Shown here: positions 55,735-64,000 of the stretch, piece after piece
Layout: each line of letters begins with the position of its first letter
Position numbering within the stretch: the stretch's first letter is position 1
From: a virus
Direction: 5' to 3' (one strand)
Virus record (IMG/VR): IMGVR_UViG_3300021373_003070
Length of the DNA: 64,000 nt
The notes under the pieces: model-generated
What the model was told of the DNA's origin: nothing
Seen by the model: the letters and a program-made list of their open reading frames with translations, nothing else
The model's database searches: none
Program-made: the position numbers and the translations under genes

Positions 55735-58700
55735 ATGGCATTAGTACGCACAATCTACCATGTTGACGATTATGTAGCGGTTGGCTATGTAAGAAAAACC
55801 GAAGAGCTGGAAGGTGTAGCTGGTATTGGCGCATCTTCATTATCAGGCGTCGGTGAACGTAAAGCTCCAGCTACTGGCTCACTCGTATCAGCAAATTCTA
55901 GTCTATCAAATGCTGATGGTGAACGTGAAGTTAAAGTATTATCAGGTGTACCACAGGTCACCGTTTCTCTATCTGGTTCTGGTAAAACAAATAGAATTGC
56001 TGTAGGTTCTATTGTATCTGCAAACAGTTCAATCTCTAGTGTTGGCGAAAGAACTATCAGTGGTTCTGGTTCCGTCACAAAATCTAACAACTTTATTGCG
56101 AGCACCGGTGAAAGAACTGTAGTCGGTTCTGGTTCGATGCCACAGGAGACGAATCAAGTTGTTGGTGTCGGTGAACGCAGAGTTACTAAAGTTGGCGCTG
56201 GAAATCTAGTATCTGCAAACTCATCAATATCGAGTTCAGTAAAAAGATCAATTACAGGTACTGGATCTCTGCCACAGGAGACCAATCAGCTTGTTGGTGT
56301 TGGTGAAAGAGGTGCGTCAGGTGCAGGTTCATTACCACAGAAAACCAACACCTTGGCTGGTATCGGCGAACGAGCTTCGGTTGCTGTCGGTCAGCTACCA
56401 CAAAAAACCAATACGGTATCAGGCACTGGTCAACACGGTCTAGTAGGAAATGGATCAATTGTATCAGCCAATAACAGCATTGCTGGTGCCGGCGAAAGAA
56501 TAATAACCTCATCTAGTAATATTCAACAAGGCGATCACAGCCTATCAGGTTTAGGTGAGAAAAGCGCTTCCGGAAGTGGCAATCTACCACAAAAGACTAA
56601 CACACTGGCTGGTGTTGGTGAGCGTGTTATTACGGCCAGCGGCTCATTATCATTAGCAAATAGCAGCGCTACAAGTTCTGGTATAATAGAAAGAGTTGGT
56701 ACCGGTACACTTATTACAACGGCTGCACTTTCTTCCATAGCTGAAAGAACTATATCTGGTCCCGGCCATTTACCAACTCCTGAAGTAACACTTGCAGGTA
56801 TTGCTGAACGTACGATTACTGGCACGAGTTCTTTACCTCAAAAGACTAATACACTCTCAGGTATTGCAGAACGAGAAATCTCTGGTTCGGTTTCTCTTAC
56901 CACATCTGCTTCACTTTCTGGTTCCGGTGAGAGATTAATTACTGGCACAGGCGAGCTGCCGGTTGAAACAAATACTCTATCAGGTATTGGCTTACGAACT
57001 GTTATATCATCAGGTTCGGTGCTATCTGCAAATTCAGCTATTAGTTCTGTTAGCGAAAGAAGCATCACTGGTTCAGGTTCGCTGCCGCAAGAAACAAATG
57101 AATTAGCCGGTGTCGGTGAAAGAATAATCACAGGTACCTCATCCGTTGTAGCTGATAATTCGTCTATAACTGGCACATCGACACGCTTGATTGACAGCGA
57201 TTCAACACTTATTACCACTGCATCTACATCTGGTGTAGGTGAACGAGAAATTGTATCATCTTCGGGCAATTTAGAATCTGATGTTTCAAGTGTCTTCGGA
57301 CTGGCATTTGCAGGACCAGCTTCAACATTCTCTACACTTCAAGCAGCAAATAGCTCGATATCGAGCGTCGGTGAAAGAATCGTAACAGGTTCTGCGACGT
57401 TAAATACATTCGTCTCGATATTCAGCGAAGGTGAGAGATCTGTAACTGTAGTCGGATCACTAGATTCAGCTAATTCAAGCATATCGAGTGTAGGTGAAAG
57501 ATCTATAACTGTCGCTGGTAATCTTACTGCTACAGATGATTCTGCAGTCGGTACTGGTTTACGAACGATAGTCTCTACACCAACATTGACAACCGAAGCT
57601 AGTGTTTCTTCGACCGGTACGCGTACCATAGTTGGTTCTGCTACACTCACAACAACAGGATCAGTACAATCACCAGTACCGGCTGAGCGCGAAGTCAAGC
57701 TTATTTCCGGTGTGCCACAAGTTGAAGTATCGATAAGCGGTGAAGGTTTACGAACAGTTGTTACTGGCACAAATAATGTTGAATCTGAAACGTCTTCACT
57801 CTTAGGTAATGGACAAGCAGGAAAGACTGCATCTGGCAATGTTGTTTCTGCTAACTCATCAATCTCCGGTGATGGTATCAGAGAGATTGTCAGTGATCCT
57901 ATTTCACTGACAACTACAGGCTCTATATCAAGTAATGGTGTTCGAACTGTACCGGGTAGTGGATCACTGATCACAACCACATCAATCGATGGTATTGCTG
58001 AAAGAATAATTACGACAGGTACAAATACATTAGTATCTGCCAACTCATCAATTGCCGGTATCGCTGAAAGAGTCATTGAAGGTAGTGGCGCATTACCACA
58101 AAATAATAGCAGCCTGACTTCAACTGACGGCGAGAGAGAAATTACCGTCGTATCTGGCATATCACCAACAAGCGCTCAAGTTGATGGTGAAGGTATAAGA
58201 CAAACTGTTGGTACTGGTAGCGTTGTTGCAGCTGCCAACCTAGACGGCGTGGTCGAACGTATTATTACATCGACTGGTAACTTACCACAAAATAATTCAT
58301 CGCTTCTTGGTGATGGTGCACGCGGACCGCTAGGTACTGGTTCTATAGTATCAGGTAATTCATCCGTACAATCTCCTGTACCAGCTGAGCGTGAGGTCAA
58401 GGTTGTATCAGGTATATCACCAACCGCAGCAAATGTAGATGGTGCTGGTTTAAGAACTATTATAAGTGATACAAATACACTTGAAACCACATCGACATTA
58501 GATGGTGCTGTTGAACGCATAATCACCGGATTTGACTCGCTTCCACAACCTACTGCATCGCTAGCTGGTATCGGTGATAGAGATATTACTGGTACAGGCG
58601 TGCTGCCTCAAAATAATAGTAGTGTGTCTTCAACTGATGGTGAACGTGAAGTTACACTTGTATCAGGTATCTCGCCAACATCAGCTGAGTTTGCAGGTCA

Positions 58701-60087
58701 AGGTCTCAGAACTATTACTGGATCGGGTCAATTTACAGCAGTCGGAAACGAATTAACTGGCGATGCTATTCGCCAAATTGTCAGCGAATTTACAACATTA
58801 CCACAAAATAATAGTAGCATATCTGGAGTCGGTGAAGCTGAAAAGACAGCGGAGTCTGCAGATCTTATTGCAGGTATATCTCAAGCTTCAGGTTCTGGTA
58901 TACGCGAAGTTAAGTTCATATCGCTATCACAACCTGTAGCTACATTAGATGGTCAAGGCTTAAGATCAATATCTGGTTCAGGTTCAGTAATTGGTGAATC
59001 GTCGATTGATAATGATGCTGATCGAATTATTGTATCTGTAAGTGCAGATCTCGTACTTGATGCATCAGAAGTTTCTGGTTCGGGCGCGAAAGGACCGACA
59101 GCGATAGTATTTAATGTACAAGCTGCTCCATCTTCAGTCGTATCGCCAGCCGTTGGTGAGCGTGAAGTCAAATTAGTATCAGGTATATCTCCAACGTTTG
59201 CGTCAGTAAGTGGTGAAGGTGCTAAAAACTTCAACATATCAGCAACGTTTACTACCACGGCATCAGTATCTGGTTCAGGATTTAGATTTATTGCAGGTCC
59301 GGGCCATCTACCTGAACTCGAATCTACATTAAATGCTTCTGGCTTGCGTACTGTTATTGTTGATCCAATCGATATTACAATATCAAATTCATCTGTTGCT
59401 GGTACTGCACTTAGAGAAATCAGATCGACGTCAACAGAATTACCTCGAAACGATTCGGTTGTACAATCACCTGCTCCTGTTGAACGCGAAGTCAAGTTAA
59501 TCTCTGGTGTACCACAAATTGAGACATCGGTATCTGGTACCGCGAACAGAGGATTAACTGCAACCACTAACTTACCACAGAAAACAAACACATTATCAGG
59601 TTCTGGTGTAAGAACGATCGAGGTTACCACTAATCTTCAAGCTTCGAGCAGTCTTGCAGGTTCAGGTAGCAAAACGGTCAAGGTTATATCTGGTGCGCTT
59701 GTCTCTGGTAATAGTGCAATCTATCCAAATGGTATTGTCGAGAGAAAAGGTACAGGTTCGCTTGTATCCGGTATCAGTATCTTTAGATCTAAAGTCGCCC
59801 GTGATATCGTAGGTGAAGGCTTCTTAGTATCGAGCAATTCGACTTTACTTTCAGACGCAGATACTGGCACCAATGAATCTGTAGTATCAGGACCATCTAC
59901 TGTTGTTGGTGTTGGTTCTATATTAAAAGTAAATCAAGTCATTACAATCAAGAACGTCGATCAAGTCGAAACAATAAGTATTGTAATAGAAGATGGACCG
60001 GGCATCATAATTAAAGATGCCGAAGCAATAAAAACCGTTAATTCGACAATGGAATCAGAATTAATCATATCGTCGAAAGTAGCATAG
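55735..60087 (+). CDS. 1450-aa Ser/Gly/Thr-rich ~21-aa-repeat fibre-like protein
   Basis: GAGG SD; repeated GSLPQKTNTLAGVGERxITG-type units along nearly the whole length. Confidence 0.8.
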   Translation: MALVRTIYHVDDYVAVGYVRKTEELEGVAGIGASSLSGVGERKAPATGSLVSANSSLSNADGEREVKVLSGVPQVTVSLSGSGKTNRIAVGSIVSANSSISSVGERTISGSGSVTKSNNFIASTGERTVVGSGSMPQETNQVVGVGERRVTKVGAGNLVSANSSISSSVKRSITGTGSLPQETNQLVGVGERGASGAGSLPQKTNTLAGIGERASVAVGQLPQKTNTVSGTGQHGLVGNGSIVSANNSIAGAGERIITSSSNIQQGDHSLSGLGEKSASGSGNLPQKTNTLAGVGERVITASGSLSLANSSATSSGIIERVGTGTLITTAALSSIAERTISGPGHLPTPEVTLAGIAERTITGTSSLPQKTNTLSGIAEREISGSVSLTTSASLSGSGERLITGTGELPVETNTLSGIGLRTVISSGSVLSANSAISSVSERSITGSGSLPQETNELAGVGERIITGTSSVVADNSSITGTSTRLIDSDSTLITTASTSGVGEREIVSSSGNLESDVSSVFGLAFAGPASTFSTLQAANSSISSVGERIVTGSATLNTFVSIFSEGERSVTVVGSLDSANSSISSVGERSITVAGNLTATDDSAVGTGLRTIVSTPTLTTEASVSSTGTRTIVGSATLTTTGSVQSPVPAEREVKLISGVPQVEVSISGEGLRTVVTGTNNVESETSSLLGNGQAGKTASGNVVSANSSISGDGIREIVSDPISLTTTGSISSNGVRTVPGSGSLITTTSIDGIAERIITTGTNTLVSANSSIAGIAERVIEGSGALPQNNSSLTSTDGEREITVVSGISPTSAQVDGEGIRQTVGTGSVVAAANLDGVVERIITSTGNLPQNNSSLLGDGARGPLGTGSIVSGNSSVQSPVPAEREVKVVSGISPTAANVDGAGLRTIISDTNTLETTSTLDGAVERIITGFDSLPQPTASLAGIGDRDITGTGVLPQNNSSVSSTDGEREVTLVSGISPTSAEFAGQGLRTITGSGQFTAVGNELTGDAIRQIVSEFTTLPQNNSSISGVGEAEKTAESADLIAGISQASGSGIREVKFISLSQPVATLDGQGLRSISGSGSVIGESSIDNDADRIIVSVSADLVLDASEVSGSGAKGPTAIVFNVQAAPSSVVSPAVGEREVKLVSGISPTFASVSGEGAKNFNISATFTTTASVSGSGFRFIAGPGHLPELESTLNASGLRTVIVDPIDITISNSSVAGTALREIRSTSTELPRNDSVVQSPAPVEREVKLISGVPQIETSVSGTANRGLTATTNLPQKTNTLSGSGVRTIEVTTNLQASSSLAGSGSKTVKVISGALVSGNSAIYPNGIVERKGTGSLVSGISIFRSKVARDIVGEGFLVSSNSTLLSDADTGTNESVVSGPSTVVGVGSILKVNQVITIKNVDQVETISIVIEDGPGIIIKDAEAIKTVNSTMESELIISSKVA

Positions 60088-60123
60088 CATAAATAAAATA
60101 ATAAAACGTTACGAGGATATCCC

Positions 60124-60870
60124 ATGGCTGTACCAACATCTCGAGAAGAATTTAAGGAGTATTGTCTTCGTTCTCTCGGTAAGCCAGTAATCGAAATAAA
60201 TGTTGATGATCTGCAAGCTGAAGATAGAATAGATCAAGCTTTACGTTTTTATTATGATTACCATTTTGATGGAACAGATAAAACATATTACAAAATTGAG
60301 ATGAACGACACCATTCGCGAGCAAAAGTATTTTGACTTGCCTGATAACATCATTGGTGTTGTTCGAGCTTTTCCTATCGGTGATCCTAACACATCATCTG
60401 GCGACATCTTTAACATTCGATACCAGATCGCACTGAATGATCTGTATACGCTAACGAATGTGGCTTTAGTAGATTACTATATGACAATGGAACATCTTGC
60501 CCTTGTCTCTGAGTTGTTAGTAGGGCGTCCACAGATTAGATTCAATCGTCACAGGAATCGTGTACACTTCGATGAAACTACCGGCGATCTTCCACCTAAT
60601 GGAAATTTCATTGTTCTCGAAGCATATGAAGTCGTGAATCCGGATGCATTTACAGATGTGTGGGCAGATAGATGGCTACAATATTACACTTCGCAATTGA
60701 TTAAAAGACAATGGGGAACAAACCTTACTAAGTTTGAAGGTCTGCAACTTCCCGGCGGAGTAACATTTAATGGTAGACAGATATATGACGAAGCTCAAGC
60801 TGAGATTAGTAAATTAGAAGAAGAGATGGTTACTAATTACAGCTTACCGGTTATGGATATGATCGGATAG
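60124..60870 (+). CDS. gp13: neck protein gp13
   Basis: P.SREEFKEYCLR.LG.PVIEINVDD.Q..DRID.AL..DYHFDG..KRQWG.NL.KF.G.QLPGGVT.NG. Confidence 0.95.
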   Translation: MAVPTSREEFKEYCLRSLGKPVIEINVDDLQAEDRIDQALRFYYDYHFDGTDKTYYKIEMNDTIREQKYFDLPDNIIGVVRAFPIGDPNTSSGDIFNIRYQIALNDLYTLTNVALVDYYMTMEHLALVSELLVGRPQIRFNRHRNRVHFDETTGDLPPNGNFIVLEAYEVVNPDAFTDVWADRWLQYYTSQLIKRQWGTNLTKFEGLQLPGGVTFNGRQIYDEAQAEISKLEEEMVTNYSLPVMDMIG

Positions 60871-60918
60871 TTGTTGGCCACAATGGCATTATAAGACATA
60901 ACACAGGATTTGTACACA

Positions 60919-61650
60919 GTGGCAACGAATATATATTTCAATAATTTTACAAACACGGCTGAACAGAATCTTATAGAAGATCTGGTCATCGAGTCAATAC
61001 GCATATACGGTCATGATATATGGTATTGTCCACGTACTGTTGTGTCAAAAGATGATATACTTCATGAAGATACGCTGTCTCAATATAATGATTCGTATCA
61101 GGTAGAAATGTATATAAAGAATGTAGAAGGTTTTGAAGGAGAAGGAGATTTCCTTTCTAAATTCAATATTCAGATTCGAGACGAGATCACATTCACCATA
61201 GCAAGAAAAGTATATCAAGAAACGATTGGAGATGTAGAAAATAGTGAACGTCCTCTTGAAGGCGACCTCATATTCATGCCTCTTACTAACAAAGTCTATG
61301 TGATCAAGTTTGTAGAGCATGAGCCTGTCTTTTATCAGATGGGATCATTGCAGATGTATGATCTAAGATGTGAATTGTTCGAATATAGCAGCGAAGATCT
61401 AAACACCGGTGTACCGCAGATCGATAATCTCGAAGTCGAATATACATTGGCTGCGACTGAAGCCGATGGCTTGATGCGAGATGCAAATAATAATGTCATT
61501 ATAAATGAGGCAACTGGCAGACCAGAAGGTGTAGATAGCGATTGGAATCCGGATGATCCATTCTCAACAAACTCAGAATTTCAGTTGGATGCAGATTCAT
61601 TTGTGGACTTTACTGAAAGAGATCCATTCAGTGAACAAGGTAGATATTAA
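60919..61650 (+). CDS. gp14: neck protein gp14 (GTG start assumed; TTG 60910 alternative)
   Basis: EQNLIEDLVIESI.IYG..Y.PR..EMY..N.EGFEG.GDFLSKF..EGDLI..FVEHE..FYQ.G..CELFEYS..DF.E..PF. Confidence 0.95.
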   Translation: MATNIYFNNFTNTAEQNLIEDLVIESIRIYGHDIWYCPRTVVSKDDILHEDTLSQYNDSYQVEMYIKNVEGFEGEGDFLSKFNIQIRDEITFTIARKVYQETIGDVENSERPLEGDLIFMPLTNKVYVIKFVEHEPVFYQMGSLQMYDLRCELFEYSSEDLNTGVPQIDNLEVEYTLAATEADGLMRDANNNVIINEATGRPEGVDSDWNPDDPFSTNSEFQLDADSFVDFTERDPFSEQGRY

Positions 61651-62747
61651 TGTTCGGACGTACTTTTTATCACGACACACTTCGTAGATATGTCATTTTA
61701 TTTGGCACACTCTTCAATGATGTGTGGATCAATCGTGAAGATGAAGATGGAAATGTCAAACAGTCTATAAAGGTACCATTAGCTTATGGTCCTCGCGAAA
61801 AGTTTTTAGCAAGAATCGAGGGCATAGAAAGTCAACGCGATCCATTACAGCAACCATTTTCTGTTGTATTACCTCGAATGGGATTTGAGATAACAGGATT
61901 TAATTATGCACCAGAAAGAAAATTACCAACTCGTAAACATTTTGTTAAGACAGCAAACGCTACTGATTCAGACAAAAATGATTACATGTACAATCCTGTA
62001 CCGTATGATATCTCATTCAGTCTTTCTATCTTTGTTAAAAATACAACAGATGGTACAAGAATCATCGAGCAAATATTACCATACTTTACGCCAGAGTGGA
62101 CATCTACAGTTCAATTGATTGACGATCCGGATGTCACGCTCGATGTGCCTGTTGTTTTAACTGGATCATCACAAGATGACGTATATGAAGGATCATTCGA
62201 AGAGCGCCGTGCCCTTATATGGACACTTGATTTTACAATGAAAGGATTTTTCTTTGGTCCTGTATATAAGAAAGAAATCATCAAGCTGGCCAATACTCAA
62301 GTGTTTGATGCATCACTATATGAAGATGCAATCGATGCCGTAGAATTGCCACCAGAATCAGCTGTTGAACGATACATAAATACTGTAGGACTCGATAGCG
62401 AAGGCAATCCAGTTACTGAAAATCCAGTACAGGCAACTGCTATCGCAACAGTAAATGAAGGCACGGTTTCTGACATAACCATTATTAATTCTGGCGCTGG
62501 CTATTCGACCGCAACTGTTACAATTACCGAAGGCGGCGCTCCATTAATAAATGCTACGGCAACGGTAAATGTGGCAGAAAATGGCACCATTGCTAGCATC
62601 GAGATGGTTGAGGTAGGCACTAACTATACCCAAACGCCTGTCGTTACAATTTCGGCGCCAGATATTGTAAGTGTAGCTGCTAATACAATATCAGTAGATG
62701 ACAATTACGGTATAATATCGTTTACGCAGCGACAAGAATATGAGTAA
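61650..62747 (+). CDS. gp15: tail terminator / sheath stabilizer gp15 with C-terminal extension
   Basis: MFG..FYH..R..V..FGTLFN..VPLAYGP.EKFLAR..LPRMGFE..PVPY..QILPYF.P..RR..IWTL.F..K...GP. Confidence 0.95.
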   Translation: MFGRTFYHDTLRRYVILFGTLFNDVWINREDEDGNVKQSIKVPLAYGPREKFLARIEGIESQRDPLQQPFSVVLPRMGFEITGFNYAPERKLPTRKHFVKTANATDSDKNDYMYNPVPYDISFSLSIFVKNTTDGTRIIEQILPYFTPEWTSTVQLIDDPDVTLDVPVVLTGSSQDDVYEGSFEERRALIWTLDFTMKGFFFGPVYKKEIIKLANTQVFDASLYEDAIDAVELPPESAVERYINTVGLDSEGNPVTENPVQATAIATVNEGTVSDITIINSGAGYSTATVTITEGGAPLINATATVNVAENGTIASIEMVEVGTNYTQTPVVTISAPDIVSVAANTISVDDNYGIISFTQRQEYE

Positions 62748-63165
62748 AGATGACATGAAGCATGATATATTGAATGACGTTTTAAATATGAATGGTACTG
62801 AAATCGTCCAAAAAGAAGACGCGCCATTACCTACAACTTATAGACCAAGTTTAGAATCAGATAAAGAATTCGAAAACGATACCAAGTATATCAGGCAGAA
62901 TTTTTATGATCTTATAGAAAAAGGTCATAGCGCCATTGACGAATTATTGGCCGTCGCAGATCAATCACAACACCCTCGAGCATATGAAGTATTAGCAAAT
63001 ATGCTGAAGACAATGGGTGACATCAATAAAGATTTGCTTGAAATGCATGCTAAGAAGCAGAAGATTACAGGCGAAACTCCTACTGAAAACACCGTAAACA
63101 ACAACTTATATGTTGGAAGTACAAGCGATCTACTAAAATTGTTGAATAAAGACGACGATGAGTGA
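62740..63165 (+). CDS. gp16: terminase small subunit gp16
   Basis: D..Y.R.N...LI.KG..A...L..A..S.HPRAYEV..NNNLYVGST.DL.K.L. Confidence 0.93.
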   Translation: MSKDDMKHDILNDVLNMNGTEIVQKEDAPLPTTYRPSLESDKEFENDTKYIRQNFYDLIEKGHSAIDELLAVADQSQHPRAYEVLANMLKTMGDINKDLLEMHAKKQKITGETPTENTVNNNLYVGSTSDLLKLLNKDDDE

Positions 63166-64000
63166 TATTACAGATATCAAGGATTACCGAGCATATCTCG
63201 GTAATGCTAATCTAAAAAGAAAAGGCGTTGACATTGAATGGACCGAAGAAATGGTTCAAGAATTTGTCAAGTGTTCAAAAGATCCTATCTACTTCTCTCA
63301 ACAATATATTCAGATTGTACACGTTGATCATGGTCTTATTCCTATCAAGTTGTACAAATATCAAAAAGATATTATCAGGAAAACAACTAAAAATAGGAGA
63401 ACATGTGTTGTCACCTCACGTCAGGCGGGTAAGACTACTACTGCTGTATGCCTTATCCTCCACTATATACTCTTTAATGACCACAAGCTTGTTGCTCTTC
63501 TTGCTAATAAAGGAGACTCAGCAAGAGAAATTCTTGACAGAATCAAAACAGCATATGAAGCCTTACCAAAATGGCTACAGCAAGGTGTCATCGAATGGAA
63601 CAAAGGTTCAGTAGAATTTGAAAATGGATCGAAGATTATAGCGGCAGCCACATCATCATCGGCTATTCGTGGTAAGTCTGTATCCTTTCTATACATCGAT
63701 GAGACCGCGTTCGTTGAAGGATGGGATGAATTCTTCGCAGCGGTATATCCAACGATATCATCTGGTAAAACAACAAAAATTCTTCTCACATCAACACCTA
63801 ACGGTCTAAATCATTTTTACAAAACATGTGAAGGCGCAAAGTCTGGTAAAAATGGATATCAGTTTGTTCAGGTTATGTGGAATGATGTGCCCGGCAGAGA
63901 TGAAAAATGGAGACAAGAAACACTAGCATCGATGGATTTCGACTCAGAAAAGTTTGCACAGGAGATGGAGTGTGAATTCTTAGGGAGTAGTGGTACATTA
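63158..64000 (+). CDS. gp17: terminase large subunit gp17 (runs off window end; not in ORF track)
   Basis: Manual translation YLGNANLK..KC.KDP.YF..SRQAGKTT (Walker A)..LPKWLQQG..WNKGS..FLYIDETAF (Walker B)..STPNG.NHFY. Confidence 0.95.
   Translation, partial: MSDITDIKDYRAYLGNANLKRKGVDIEWTEEMVQEFVKCSKDPIYFSQQYIQIVHVDHGLIPIKLYKYQKDIIRKTTKNRRTCVVTSRQAGKTTTAVCLILHYILFNDHKLVALLANKGDSAREILDRIKTAYEALPKWLQQGVIEWNKGSVEFENGSKIIAAATSSSAIRGKSVSFLYIDETAFVEGWDEFFAAVYPTISSGKTTKILLTSTPNGLNHFYKTCEGAKSGKNGYQFVQVMWNDVPGRDEKWRQETLASMDFDSEKFAQEMECEFLGSSGTL

Noticed and set aside
55785-59630. Long antisense ORFs inside the 1450-aa gene (also 9218-9790 and 40103-40762)
   Set aside because: Shadow frames of low-complexity, codon-biased coding sequence; no SD or recognisable motifs.
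63228-63789. ORFs 63228-63614 (+) and 63463-63789 (-)
   Set aside because: Alternative frames of gp17, which starts at 63158 and runs off the window.
1-64000. tRNA/rRNA genes, integrase, transposase, diversity-generating retroelement, alternative genetic code
   Set aside because: No cloverleaf or rRNA signatures, recombinase or RT motifs, or adenine-specific TR/VR pairs were seen; all three stop codons terminate conserved genes normally.

Overview
This window is 64 kb of a T4-like (Tevenvirinae/cyanophage-style gene order) lytic myovirus genome, probably aquatic; the host cannot be assigned from the sequence. Positions 1-4.4 kb hold early/accessory genes behind three near-identical sigma70-type promoters (ArdC-like protein, radical SAM, DUF932). 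Positions 4.4-7.3 kb carry gp33, gp59, a peroxiredoxin and gp32. A minus-strand tail/head block follows (tape-measure-like gp29, gp51, gp26, gp54, gp2, gp4), then the baseplate operon (gp48, 53, 27, 5, PAAR, 25, 6, 7, 8) and a VrlC/DUF4815-type virion protein split in two at a Hint domain. About 25 kb of fibre/adhesin and accessory genes come next, and the window ends with gp13-gp17 (gp17 truncated). Most striking is a 973-aa protein (42545-45466) with 23+23 ~17-aa repeats arranged around a central turn. Its repeat variants are mirror-complementary, which suggests one giant antiparallel beta-hairpin with a residue-pairing 'code'. It is followed by a late-promoter cassette of five oxygenase-fold/DUF6065-like genes. 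Second is an unannotated, start-less gp51 frame joined to gp26 by a probable -1 ribosomal frameshift (SD-like AGGAG plus T TTT TTT) just upstream of the tape-measure gene. All family assignments are from motif recognition and synteny, not database searches.
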